From assembly GCF_001194135.2 (NCBI RefSeq), contig NC_068988.1:71780693-71821930 (forward strand): a stretch of 41,238 bases of DNA, read 5' to 3'. This document shows, one piece after another, positions 20,083-33,429 of this stretch. The translations under genes and the position numbers were made by a program. Each line of letters starts with the position of its first letter. Position 1 is the first letter of the stretch. The DNA is from Octopus bimaculoides. Its lineage: Eukaryota. The notes under the pieces were generated by a model. It saw only the letters and a program-made list of their open reading frames with translations, did not search any database and had not been told where the DNA came from.

Positions 20083-21660
20083 ATCTATCTCTTTATCTAT
20101 CTAGCCAGCTATATATCTACCAATTTATCTATGTATTTGCCTGTCTGTGTGTCTGTGTATCTATTTGTGTTTGTGTTTATCTCTCACCGTTTGACGACCG
20201 GTGTTGCATTGTTTATGTTTCCGTAACTTAGCAGGCTAGTAAAAAGTGGGTGATAAAAATAAGTACCAGGTAGAAGATAGGTACTAGTCTATATTTGATC
20301 GATTAATGCTTTGAAGGCAGTGTCACTTGTATGGTCTCAGTCCAATGGATGAAACATGTGAAAGGAATAAAAATGGTATAAATAAGTATATGAGAGTTGT
20401 CAAATGTACATATTTCTCTTCAGAAGTTTATATCACCTACGTTTATTAATCGTTATAAAAAAGATTAGTCTGTGTGGAGTCTACTGTCACACGAGGCTGA
20501 AACTTATCTGGATAATTGAGACATCTAGGCAACCAGCAGTGCAACATTCGCTTCTGATTAAGAAGCAAATCTGTCACTCTTCTGTTTCATTTATGGCTAT
20601 ATGGAGCAACATGAATAATGTACCTTTCTCAAAGACTCAGTACGCCAGCTAGTCTAAGAAGCGAACCAATCACCTAATGATTGTGAGACCAACACTCGAC
20701 ACATTAGGCCACTATCTTCATCTAAAACAGTATCTCAAAGAAGAAATGAAAAGCAATGAAACGCCAATGTTTGAAATATACGCACAGAGAATTTGACTAA
20801 TAGTCCACAAATTTATGACTTTAAAATGAGGACGAGTGTGAATCAAACTTTATAACTCGAGTTTGAAAAATGGGCAGTTTTCTGGAAGTTTCAGCCACAA
20901 AATTTGTCTTTCAAAATAATGTAAATTTTCGTCCCTGTTTTGTTCTCTGTTGTGTTTGTATTGAAGTTTTTATGTAGAATATCTCGGGAAAATACATAGT
21001 GTTAAAGTTTGTATATGCATTTTTCTATTATGCTTATACAATATCCGTCATAGCAAATCTTCCTTTCTATGTATAGCCTTAATTAAAACAGATTTGCAAT
21101 GATAGTTTATGGACATTCTGTTAATAGGTGGTGGCGTAATACTTATATAACTCCCACTGATTTATGAAAGTGATTTTGCCTTCTGTATGTGGTTGTCATC
21201 CTCTATATAGGATGCAGATGGTATATTTCAACTGATTATATTCAAGTGATAAATATTTATTACCAGTATATCTAGAATTAAGGCAATTTATTCATTAGGA
21301 ATTTAATTCATTAAAACCAATGATTATACGAATAAATTTTTATCACCATTGCTGTGTATATACACGTTGTAATTACTTCTCTGTTTACCGATAAGCATTC
21401 TATATCAAAAACAATTTTTCCAAATCATAAATTGATTTGGAAGGTAAATTTACGACCCGAATGTGAGTTGCTAGACTTTTATCATCCGCTTTGCCATTAT
21501 CCCAATTTTATCTCTTACTGTTGTCCGTAACTTTATACACTTTTCGTATACTCAACACTACAATTGTTTGCTTTAGCTGTTGGTGAATGCATTAAGACGG
21601 TTGTTGTTTTCGTCACCATCATTACTACTATTATAACTATGCTGTCGTACTTAATTTTTA

Positions 21661-21875
<215 letters not shown>

Positions 21876-23509
21876 TGTCCTTGAATATGGCGATTGAATT
21901 TATAACGCGTAGGATATAGGCGGTTAATGAGCAATCCGTTACTGTGACCTAAACTCAATGGACTCGTGCCGGGCATCTTAGCACACTGTTAATTACAGAG
22001 TTATTTCCAACCTGGTGAATTCTAGCGATAGGTAATCATGACAGCATCAGTATGGAGAAATAATACCCACACGTCTCTCTCATGGAGGTACCAACGCTTA
22101 CCAAGCAACATTATCTTCAGTTGTTGCTGTTCACGACGAATTCTCATATTTTGAGTATGAGATGGTGAATATGAAAGATGAAGAATCAGTCGTAAGACCA
22201 AGAGAATAATGGTTTATGTGGTTTAACTACCTACAAGAATCTACCCCATAACCTACTAGAGGAGAACTTCAAAGTTTAATGGAAGACCTATTGAAGATAT
22301 AGTAATACTTCTGATGAGGTGGAAAATTATCCATAAATATCATAATAAGCAAATGTCAAAGTTATATGTTGATAGGACAAATGAAACGTTATACCAGGAA
22401 ATATTCGATTTTCTATTTCAGCCATCTCTTTTCAAATTAGATATATTCATTAGATCATACTGGTCTGGCAGGTCTCTTGATCGGAGTTGGTGCTTTAAAA
22501 TAAAAATAACTACATTAATGAAAAGCCATATCACTTTTTAAACGTGGTCAAATGTTAATTAAACATCCGTTAATTTATAAATGAACTCGTATATATATAT
22601 ATTTATAGGTAAGGTATTATGAATCCGAGAAAATACTCCATAAGCTCTCTGCTGGCACACCAGGCTAACAATATTGTTTACATTAGTAAAAAGAACTCCA
22701 AGTGTTCTTCTGGCAGGATCCGAGGTTATAGTTCATCACCATTCTATATAGTAAATCCGTGGCTGCGCTTCAATCAAATTCATTGTTACATAGAGTGATA
22801 CACAAGGCAATGTATAAATAATAGTCATTACATATTTTTCCTTGATTGGAGTAAATTTGGCTTTCAACAGTTTCCAGTAGTCATTATAGGCTCGTTACTG
22901 ACAGGTTTCTCAATTGGAGGAGGGAAAAAGAAAAGAAAAGAGGCAAGTGGGAAAGAGATAAAGAGGAAAGTCCAAGATGAGTAATGATTTGGAAGGGAAG
23001 GACTAAAGTGAAGAGAAAGAAAGGAAGAAAAGAAGAGAGGAAGGGAAGCACTCGATAGAAGAAGGAAGATAGGACAGTCACAAAACATTAGTGTTTGTAA
23101 TCAGGTCAACACATATGAATATATTTGCATTGTTTTTATGTTAGATATTCTCCAAATATTGCGTTAAAATTTGATATGGGCCATTTACACACATGGTCAA
23201 CTCAAGTCTTTAATATTTGGTCATTTTTATTATCATGCATAGTAGGGGAATTGTATTAGAAAATGAATGAAATAGCCATAATATTCATATTATGATGTAG
23301 ATGATGAGAAAGCTTTGGTTAGCTAGGATCTAAACTAAAATAATTTTTAAATTTTAACCATTAGGAATAAAAATTTCAACTACAATTAAATTTTATAAAA
23401 TTAACATCAAAACAAACTAAAAATTATAAGAATTAAAAGAATTCTACAAAATAGAAAGTAATATTCTTATATTCTTTCTAGCGCTTTTTTTTTTTTTTTN
23501 NNNNNNNNN

Positions 23510-23665
23510 CACACACATATCTATACGACGGGTTTTTTTTCAGTTTCCCTCTCTATCAAGTTCACTTACACGGTTTTAGTCAGCCCAAGGCTATAATAGA
23601 AGACACTAGTAGAAGACTGGACCTAGAATCATGTGGCTGGGGAGCAAACTTCTTACCACACACAC
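23510..23665 (-). mobile_element. SINE family 1, 5' part
   Basis: Reverse complement of the tRNA head and core (aagtgtcttctattatagccttggg). Confidence 0.65.
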
Positions 23666-24029
23666 ACGCTTACTTTGTAAAACATTTAATCAATGCAGAG
23701 AGTATTTTTGCTTCCTTCTTAAGACCGGAATTCAGTCATCTGACCCCAGGGTTTTCTTGACTATTTCAGACAGAGCGAAAAGAAGAAACGGGGAATTGTG
23801 TGCGCGTATGTGCGCGCGCGAGCGTCTGTGTGTGTGTGTGTGTGTGTGTGATGAAAAAGTAAAGTTTCATCCATTCTTTAAAGTTGTTTAAGAAAGGTTA
23901 CGTAAAAAAGTAAACGAGCACCTAAATTATCTATTAGCATAAAGCTTCGATTCATATAAAAAAAATAATAATAACCCAGTAGAATTTCTCATGTCTTCAG
24001 TTACCCCCAGGATGACAAAAGGGCCAATT

Positions 24030-24570
24030 AGTTCAGTTTTCTCTCTACTTTCCCCAAATTTGAAACAGATAAGAAGAATATTATCATTCTCGGAAAAGAG
24101 GAACCAAAGCTTAAGCTGAAAATCAAAACCGAAGTGGTTAACAATGAATGTTTTCGTTACTTTGACTGAAAGTATCATGAATAGTCTGAGTGAAGGATGA
24201 GATGACCCAATCTGAACAAATTATTCTGTTTTCCATGTTTGTTATTTTGTCAGTATAAGAGCACATCTTCTCAGCTTTGAAGTGATATTGAAAACGAATA
24301 TCACTTTCATGTGAAATTGAAAACGAAATCATTTAATTGCATAGCTGTTACAAATGAAGGTGTAATTAAGCCAATGATCGAAAAAAATAGCATTTGTTGC
24401 TGTTATGCTTAGTGAGACTACAGACCTTCACATGAAATCTTAACTGTAACACGTTTTTCGATTTGTTGATGAGAAGGGAAGGCTTCAAGAAAGATTTATG
24501 GGATCATCAGATGACAATAAAGAGAGAAAAGCTGCAATACTGACTGAAGTTGTACATTGATATACACATT
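24030..24570 (+). pseudogene. hAT-superfamily (ZMYM1/TTF-zinc-finger type) transposase remnant
   Basis: NKLFCFPCLLF at 24215-24247; NEII.CIA; AFVAVMLSETTD; RFVDEKGRLQERFMG, in shifting frames. These match typical hAT motifs (LFCFPCLLF; FS.M.DETTD; RYV...ERFLGF). Confidence 0.7.
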
Positions 24571-25299
24571 CACTTAATTTGCGATTCTCTCAATCAGCTT
24601 CAAGAGTTCGTAAATGTCAAATTTTCTTCTAAACCTTAAAAAGAATTTCGATTTTTTTCTCAATGTGGACGACTTGAATAGCCCCTACGGGATGAAATCG
24701 TTGGAAGGTGATTTCCAAAGTTATATGTACGTTTCTCGTCACTTACTAACTACTTCAAAACGTTGCATCGCAGGTGGGGGGGGGATTAGTTTCCTTTTCA
24801 GGCTCCCCATATCACAAAGCACTTTTCGCGGAAAACGGGGGACGGTGGAACATTCGGAACCCCACCCGAAACCTCAGTTGGCGGGTTGGGTATGGACTGC
24901 ATGCTCTAGCTTACTAACCACTTTTCGCCACTGATAGTATTCTAAGTTACTAGAGTTCGCATATGATGCCTTCAATGTTTACCTGTAAAAATATTTATGG
25001 TATTCATTGGATTTTGGAAAATATCTATCCACTGCTGTAAAGAATTATTTACCACTTTTAGATGATATTTAATATCCGTAGACAGAATTGTACCATAGAA
25101 CATCAGATTTCTTACTTTTTGAGGGCGGTTTATTGTTGCTAATATACGATTTGGAAGTGTCACTATTCAATGGGTTATATTTAAACATCATATTTTGGTA
25201 TTCCTTATTTTCAGTTCCTATATTATTTCTAATATCTATATTTCTTATTCGTAGTTTAGTCGAACGAATCTAACCCCACCCCACCCATACAGTTTTTTA

Positions 25300-25400
25300 A
25301 AAATCAGGTACTTATTGTATCGGTCTCTTTTGCCGAATCATTAATGTTACGGGGATGTAAAAAAAAAAAAAAAACACAGGTCGTCAAGCGATCTTGGGAG
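25300..25400 (-). mobile_element. SINE family 1, 3' part, interrupted by a mariner; 5' part at about 26433-26605
   Basis: Reverse complement of the tail (tcggtctcttttgccgaa...gttacgggg) and of the head (gtgggaccgaactcg...aagcttcttaccac). Confidence 0.7.
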
Positions 25401-25409
25401 ATGTACACA

Positions 25410-26430
25410 GGAGGTGGTATCAAAAAGTTCCCGGACTAGTTCTGTAGCGCACCAGCAGATGGCAGCACATGGCTGCGTGTACAGTGCGAGCTAGCAGTGA
25501 CTTTCATGAGGCAGTATGCCGAGTGACATCGCTGTGTTTACTTCGAAAACTGTGAAATTTGTGTATTTGTGATCTCATATATGCTGTAGTCTGCAATTTT
25601 GTCATGAACAGAAACAAAGAGTCAACGTGAAATTTTGCGCTAAACTTGGGAAGTCTGCTACAGAGACATTGATCATGCTTCTACAAGCCTGCAGCGACGA
25701 GGAGATGGGTTGTACACAGTGTTTCGAGTGGCACGGGCGCTTCAAAAGTGGAAGAACGTCCATGGAAGATGATGAGCGATCTGGAAGACCTGCCACAAGC
25801 GTCAGCCCTGGAAATGTGGAGAAAATTCATCAGCTTGTGCACGAGGATCGTCGGAGAAAAATCAACGACATTGTTGTTGTTGTTCATCTGTTGTATGGGT
25901 CCGTGCAGGCAATCCTAACGTTTGAATTGAACCTGAAGCGTGTCTCTGTCAAGTTTGTCCCTGCCTGCTGACCACTGAGCAGAAAAAAACATCGCGTCGA
26001 AATCTGTCAAGATCTCCGTCAGCGTGCCGCTGATGATCTATGCTTTATGTCGAAGATCATCACCGGTTACGAGAGTTGGGTCTATGGGTATGGCCCTGAG
26101 ACCAAGCAGCAGTCGTCACGATGGAAGAGCCATTCATTTCTACGACCGAGTCGCAGCTCAATCAAGAGCGTGCTCGTTGTTTTTTTTTGTTTTTTTTCGA
26201 CATACGCGATATTGTACGTCGAGAATTCTTCCCCCAGAGCCAGAGAGTTCTACTGCGAAGTTTTGAAGCATCTGAGGGAGGACATTGACAAATGTAGCAG
26301 GATCACTGGGACCGGTGTGTTGCTGCGCAAGGTGACTATTTCGAAGGAGATGATGTTAAAACTTTGGTAAATAAGTTTTTTTTTTTTTTATTAAATATAA
26401 CAAGTCTGGGAACTTTTTGATACCACATCA
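25410..26430 (+). mobile_element. mariner transposon with internal deletion
   Basis: TIRs gaggtggtatcaaaaagttcccggact / RC gatgtggtatcaaaaagttcccagact. N-terminal HTH region KFCAKLGKSATET...FEWHGRFKSGRTSMEDDERSGRP, KFVP, IITGYESWVYGY, then a jump to the GDYFEG C-terminus. Confidence 0.9.
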
Positions 26431-26872
26431 TACACAAAGATACACTCACATATACACTCAATGAGCTTCTTTCAGTTTTTGTCTACCAAATCCTGTCACA
26501 TCGCTTTGATCATTCCGATGGTATAGCAGAAGATACTTGCCAAATGTATCACGCAGTGGGACCGAACTCGAAATCATGTCCTTGGAAAGCAAGCTTCTTA
26601 CCACTAAAGAAGTGAGCCAACAGGATAGCTCCTACATAGTTGCTCAGCAAATTAAAAGTAGCTACTTTGTCGCACTAAACCGTTATAAAAATAAAGGTAG
26701 GACATATTGAATACGTAGACTTTCTAATACTCAAAACCATCCCACGTTAGAATTATCACACACAAGACTTCTTGCACTTCATGATGATCACCGGCCACGA
26801 TCATCTTGATAATAATACAAACAATAACATATCTTAATATATATGTAGTAAGTAAGGCGTAGAGTTGACAGG

Positions 26873-27062
26873 ATCAAGAATCGTTAGCACGCGGGGCAAA
26901 ATGTTTAGTAGTATTTCGTTCGTGTCTACGTTCAGAGTTCAAATTCCGCTGCGGTCGTTTTGCTTTTTATCATTTCTGGGTCGATAAAATATGTACCAGT
27001 TAAACACTGGGATCAGTGTAATCCACTAATATCTTCCCTTGAAATTGCTGCCAAAATTTGAG
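26873..27062 (+). mobile_element. tRNA-derived SINE (family 2)
   Basis: aatcgttagcacgc...gagttcaaattccgc...ggtcgataaaat...gtaccag; second copy at 29050-29290. Confidence 0.7.
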
Positions 27063-27974
27063 ACTACTTTATATGTGATTAACTATAGTGCATGTGTCCT
27101 TGTTTGGTTAACTCGGGTTTAGGTAATTGTTGAATAAATTATTACTCTGTCTAAAGATGATTAGCACTTTTAAACGCTTTTACGAAAGACAAATAAATTC
27201 ACCTATTTTATGATAACTTCATATTCTTTATCACATTTAGATATTTCTGAACGATAAAGCATGCCCTAAGGGAAAAGTGCCATCTGTGAAGATTCAATAA
27301 ATAGGTTTAAGGAAGCAAAGGTCGGCACTTCAAAATTGGAAGCCCTGCATCAAACAAGGTAAAGAATTTATTTCTGCGGAATATTGTCCTTTTGTCGATG
27401 CCAACTTATTGAACTTATTGCACATGATTCACTAATTCAAAAGAGAAACACTAATTTGTGTTGTGTAACTTCAGAAATTTTAATCAGTTTGACCTGAAAA
27501 ATGTTATCTTGAACCCTTATACTGAGAATTAAATTCCGTTATAGGGACTTGATTAAATCGCTTGGGAGGAAATTTAGTTTTAAATAATCCCATTCGACCT
27601 AAAATGTAAATAGCGATACTGCGACATTCTGGTAAAGATATCTACAATAGGTTAGCATCTTATTCATTGGTTGATATGTCTCTCACCCGTCTAGTTCTGT
27701 GAAAAGCAATACTGCGTTGCTATGGAACTCCATGATTCGTAAAAGAATTAACTTTATGGATGGGGTTGGTGATTTTCCGTTTTGACTTTAGTTGTAATAT
27801 TCTGTCTCTGAGAAAGACATAAGTATATACCGATCGTGCCTTCTCCAATTTATTATTTCTGTGTTGAAATGAGATATTTCACCACAGAATATTAGCTTTT
27901 CAATTATCCTTCAGTATAAATGAAGGTGGTGGAATTAACTGAAACATCAAACTTATTTAGTAATCCAGGATTTC

Positions 27975-27982
27975 TATAAATA
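27975..27982 (+). promoter_or_regulatory. candidate TATA box upstream of peptide gene copy B
   Basis: TATAAATA just before the 690-N gap preceding exon 1; a second TATAAAT at 27915. The AT-rich background makes chance matches likely. Confidence 0.2.
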
Positions 27983-28704
27983 ACAAAGCTTACGAAATAT
28001 TATNNNNNNNNNNNNNNNNNNNNNNNNNNNNNNNNNNNNNNNNNNNNNNNNNNNNNNNNNNNNNNNNNNNNNNNNNNNNNNNNNNNNNNNNNNNNNNNNN
28101 NNNNNNNNNNNNNNNNNNNNNNNNNNNNNNNNNNNNNNNNNNNNNNNNNNNNNNNNNNNNNNNNNNNNNNNNNNNNNNNNNNNNNNNNNNNNNNNNNNNN
28201 NNNNNNNNNNNNNNNNNNNNNNNNNNNNNNNNNNNNNNNNNNNNNNNNNNNNNNNNNNNNNNNNNNNNNNNNNNNNNNNNNNNNNNNNNNNNNNNNNNNN
28301 NNNNNNNNNNNNNNNNNNNNNNNNNNNNNNNNNNNNNNNNNNNNNNNNNNNNNNNNNNNNNNNNNNNNNNNNNNNNNNNNNNNNNNNNNNNNNNNNNNNN
28401 NNNNNNNNNNNNNNNNNNNNNNNNNNNNNNNNNNNNNNNNNNNNNNNNNNNNNNNNNNNNNNNNNNNNNNNNNNNNNNNNNNNNNNNNNNNNNNNNNNNN
28501 NNNNNNNNNNNNNNNNNNNNNNNNNNNNNNNNNNNNNNNNNNNNNNNNNNNNNNNNNNNNNNNNNNNNNNNNNNNNNNNNNNNNNNNNNNNNNNNNNNNN
28601 NNNNNNNNNNNNNNNNNNNNNNNNNNNNNNNNNNNNNNNNNNNNNNNNNNNNNNNNNNNNNNNNNNNNNNNNNNNNNNNNNNNNNNNNNNNNNCAGAAAC
28701 AATA

Positions 28705-28798
28705 ATGAAGGTCGTGTATGTATTTTTGCTGGTTTTGTTGCCATTGGCAATGGCAGCTGTGTCCCAATACGACGAGGATGTTGATAAGAGATTTTCTT
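28705..28798 (+). CDS. secreted Cys-rich peptide gene copy B, coding exon 1: signal peptide + acidic propeptide + KR (MKVVYVFLLVLLPLAMAAVSQYDEDVDKRFS)
   Basis: ATG in A-rich context (A at -3), MK + hydrophobic core + AMA-A cleavage-like site, DKR dibasic site. Phase-1 gtaagt donor at 28799 is in frame with exon 2 (T|TG = Leu). Confidence 0.85.
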
Positions 28799-29049
28799 GT
28801 AAGTTGTTGTCATTTCATTACATTTGAACATATTTCTATTTAAAGTTATCTACAGGTGAACGAATCTACAAGGATGACTTCTTTTGTAAATCTTTATTCT
28901 GCAAGTACCCTTGAAAAGTTCCAAACACCACCTTTTGTTATCGACAATTCACCTAAACATCTATGTTCATCAAATTAATGGGAATTAAAACAAAACATTG
29001 CATGTCTTTCCTTAGCTGGCTTCTACTTTACGTTCTTAAATATTGATGA

Positions 29050-29290
29050 CAAAGCTGGCGAGGTTGCAAATTGTTAGCGCGCCAGGCAAAATTCTTAGCG
29101 ACATTTCGTCCGTCTTCACGTTCTGAGTTAAAATGCCACTGAGGTCGACTTTGTCTTTCACCCTTTCTAGATCGGTAAAATATGTGCCAGTAGAACATTG
29201 TGATCGATGTAATCGATTTACCCACCGCACCCCTTCCCCACACCACCCGAACTTGCTGGACTTGTGCCAACATTTGAAACCAAATACTGC
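29050..29290 (+). mobile_element. tRNA-derived SINE (family 2) in intron 1 of copy B
   Basis: Similar to 26873-27062. Confidence 0.7.
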
Positions 29291-29689
29291 TGACAAACAC
29301 CGAGTAATAAAAGGTACAGCCATCCAATTTATTCACACCATAAATGTTTTTGAACACTCAAAATAAACATGAACTAATGTTTTCCAATTCTAAAATTCAG
29401 GTGACTCATCCGCAAATAGCATGTTATCTGATATCAGGATCAATGTAGCTTAAAATCACAAAAATTATGTAACGCAAATCCCCCAGATCTCAGATAAGAT
29501 TAAATTTATAACCATTTTGAGTCACTAGGCAATTATTGAAGAAATTTTGGCTAAGTATTCGGTTTGCTATCATTAGTGTCATCATTGTCATTGCTTGCTT
29601 AAGTATTAATAAGGGCAATCGAACTCCGATCAATACAAGTATTTATACAATGAGTAAAGAGACATTTAATATGCTATTTTCATGCGTTC

Positions 29690-29885
<196 letters not shown>

Positions 29886-30534
29886 AACAGAGTAATTAGT
29901 GAGGGATTATCACATCTGGGCAAAATTCTTCATAAGCCCTCTGTTAGTACTCCATACTAACACTATTGCTAGTAAAGAACTCCGTGTATTCGTGTGGCAG
30001 GGACCAAGGTTATAGTTCATCACCATTTTATATTGTAAATCCATTGTTGTATTCCGCTGGTTTTTACACAATGATATACAAGACAACGCATAACTAGTTT
30101 TTACAATTTTTTTTCAATCTTTTGAATTTTTTTATGCTTTTAATATTTTTTTATTTTTAATTTTTTAATTGTAATCTTTAATCCTTAACTCCTTTAATGT
30201 TTTAATTTTTTGAAAATTTTTTAAACTTAATTCAAAATTATATTTCGCCATCATTTTTATTCAGTCTTATATTTGGTTTTATTTTTAACCTCACATTTTC
30301 CCTTCTATCTCTATTTAATATCCACTCTTACGAAAGCTTTCTCTGCCTGCCTTATAGTTATTGCTAAGTTTTCATTCATTTTTTCACTAATACAATTCAC
30401 TCTCAATGTGAGATGGTCCGAATGACCAAATATTAAAGATTTAAGTTGATCCTGAAAGTCAGTGGCCTGTATGAAATTTCAATACAATATCTGGATAGTG
30501 AATGACCTGAAAACAATTGTTTCTTTTCTGTTAT

Positions 30535-31290
30535 TCTTTTTCTTGTTTCAGTCATCTGACTGAACCCACGATGGAACACCGCTTTGGAGGGTTTCAGTCG
30601 ATCAAGATTACTCTAGGACTTATTTTTTAAGGATTGCACTTATTGTATCTTTCTCTTTTGCAGAACCCTAAGTTACGGGGACATAAACACACCAACAGCG
30701 GTTGTCAAGCGGTGATGTAGGGGATAAACATAGAAAAACACATGCACACACACACATGCATACACGAAAACACACATGAACGCACACCCACGCCCACCCA
30801 TCCACATACCCATCAGACTGCCTCACTCAACTCCAACTCACTATTGACCATTCCATCTATACACACGTGCTAAAACACACATACATATACACACACACAC
30901 TGCCACACCCACCCATACTCACACCTGTCACTATAGCTGCTGATTTCTCACTACATTACAAACGCAGTGGACTCCTATATGCTAGAAATAGATGCCGAAT
31001 CATCTAACCACGAAAAATATGTTACTGAGAACATATTTTTCGTGGTTAGATGATTCGGCATCTATTTCTAGCATATAGGAGTCCACTTTTGCTGGTCATT
31101 CCACTTATTTTTGTATATATATATACATGTATATGGAAAGAAGAAGTGTATTTCCTCGCAGAAAAAAAATGTAGCAGAATTTATACGCAAGGATTTGGTC
31201 GACCCGAGGCTATATTAGAAGATACCTGCCCAAGGTACCGTGCAGTGAGACTGAACCATGCCTTTGGGAAGCAGCCTTCTTACCACACAA
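30535..31290 (-). mobile_element. degenerate SINE family 1 with expanded CA-rich interior
   Basis: 3' tail RC at 30535-30760 and head/core RC at 31150-31290. Confidence 0.6.
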
Positions 31291-31469
31291 CCATTTCTGC
31301 ACGAAATAAATGTTTTTGTGAGATGAACCAATTACAAAAACTATCTTTATGATTATCCCTTCCTCAATTTCGGCCATTTTCTTTCCATTCTTCTATCGAA
31401 TGCCTCTCCTCCTCTAATCTTTCTCATCTGTCATTGTTTGAAGCAGATCCATTTGGTTTCGTTGGACGT

Positions 31470-32100
31470 TTTCTAATCCAGGATGAATGTTAAGTTCAGC
31501 ACTTTGAGCCAGAAAAGGGAGACAATCCATGTAGTGGAAACACTCCTCCTCACCTGTTCCAACGAAGACCAAAGTCATTTCATCTGCAGGAAAGGGGATG
31601 GCCTCAGTTTTTTAGAATGCAAAAATTATTGTGTTTACTGAATATCTCCAAAATTGCCATGCCATCGATGGAGAGTACTATGCCAGCTTGCTGAGGCAGT
31701 TGCGAAGAGATGTCAAGACCAAATACCCAGGGAAACTGACGAAAGGAGTGTTGTTTTATTAGAACAATGCTTCAGCACACAAGTCTTTGGCTTCAATGGC
31801 TGTTGTGCGTGACTGTGGCTTTAAACTGGTTGATTACCCTCCCTGTTCTCCTGATTTGGCCCCATTTGATTATCACCTATTCCCCAACATGAAAAAACAC
31901 TTGGCTGGGAACCAGTATGGCAGTGAGGATGATATCATATCTGCTGTTAATGACTTTTTTTTTTTTACCAACAAGATAAAAGCTTGCTCATCTATGTGAT
32001 CGAAGCACTGCAACACCAATGGAAGAAGTGTGTGGAGCGCAAGGGTGACTATGTTGAAGAATAAACCTCATTTGGTCACATTCAATGACTGAACCTCCGA
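31470..32100 (+). mobile_element. mariner (DD34D) transposase remnant in intron 1 of copy B
   Basis: RFLIQDE..V.HFEPE, MASVF, YYASLLRQL, NASAH, PPCSPDLAPFDYHLFP, WKKCVERKGDYVE; collinear with 2010-2273. Confidence 0.85.
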
Positions 32101-32170
32101 ATACTGCATCTTTTATTCATTTACTAACAATTCTTAAAATTAATTATTTTCCTTTTTTCATATTTTTAAG

Positions 32171-32285
32171 TGTCCGAACTTGTTAACATGCTTCGGGAAT
32201 TAGATTTATCTGCCGGTTGTGTAAATGTATGCCAAACACATGTCAATGGAATATGGGAATTTCTCTGTTCTGGAGCCTGCCGCAT
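32171..32285 (+). CDS. peptide gene copy B, coding exon 2: (L)SELVNMLRELDLSAGCVNVCQTHVNGIWEFLCSGACR
   Basis: aag acceptor after a T-rich tract, gtgagt donor at 32286, 115 nt, four Cys at the same positions as copy A. Confidence 0.88.
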
Positions 32286-32966
32286 GTGAGTAAAATCATT
32301 TACAAGCATCACACTTTTCTATTATTACTAATATACAACAACCTAACGAATAATGGCATATTATTAAGTAAAGGGAAACGAATGGAAACCTAATGAATTA
32401 AAGTTTACTTCAAAAAACTCCAAAATATTCGGGAATTAGAATTAGAGTGCAATGGCTGATATATCGATATATCTTTTAGACACTGTTGAAGTTAATTCGC
32501 AATGGCTTAAATGCTGCAGTATATTTGGGATAAAGGTGTAGAAGATTGAATGTTTAACAACTTTATTATCATTTGATAACACGCAAATACGAAAGCACAA
32601 CGTGAAGATGGCAGAAGAGGAAATAATAGTATACTGAGAGAAAGGGATCATTATTCCTATTTCCGATGGTGTTTGTGATCTCCCGTTTCGGCTTTTGTTG
32701 TAATATTCTACCTCTGAGTATAGGTAAATACTAATGGTGCCTTTTCAAATATTTTTTTTTTTATCTCTTCGTCAATATAACTGATGGTAATGGTTGTTGA
32801 ATATAATTATTTAACTTCAACTTCGAAATGCTTCTCAGACAGAATATTAAATGAAATTCTGTTCTCATTGCAATGATAGCTTTAAATTATTTCGATATCA
32901 TTTCATTAATTATATTTGATTTATTTAAAATTGATTTTATTATTATATTTTCGTTTGTCATTACAG

Positions 32967-32982
32967 TGTTCTTGGTGATTAA
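32967..32982 (+). CDS. peptide gene copy B, terminal coding exon (I)VLGD-stop
   Basis: tttgtcattacag acceptor, AT|T = Ile, TAA at 32980-32982; AATAAA at 33119-33124. Confidence 0.82.
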
Positions 32983-33429
32983 TGCCGTATGTAGTAAATA
33001 TTTCCGAAGTATCGAAAATGAGCAATGAGAATTTATTCGTTTTCCTGCTTTTGTTTTCTAATGTCAATATTATTATTTGAATATGACTATTATAAATATT
33101 TTCACTCACTACCTCTGAAATAAACTTTAAAAAACAGTCGAACATATTTCAGTGATCATTAGTATTTTCTTACAATTCAAAATCTGTTCATAAGAAAAAA
33201 TTATTGTTTCATGTTTTCTAAATTTGACTTAACAGGAGAGAAGATTTTATAAATTATTGACTAGAAACTTAACCCTGAAAAATTTACTTTTCCCTATAGC
33301 AATCTATTAGGCAGACGCACACGCATGCGCACACAAGCACACGCACGCATGCACACACACACACTACATACATACACGCACACACACACAAACACGCACA
33401 CCAATACACGCATGATATATATAGATACA

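Noticed and set aside
20404-20652. ORF apparently shared with 36734-36967, after a cag acceptor
   Set aside because: A 7-nt indel between the copies shifts the frame and substitutions show no clear codon bias; non-coding duplicate.
22311-22390. CTGATGA...GAAACGTTA as a hammerhead
   Set aside because: No stem I or stem II pairing found.
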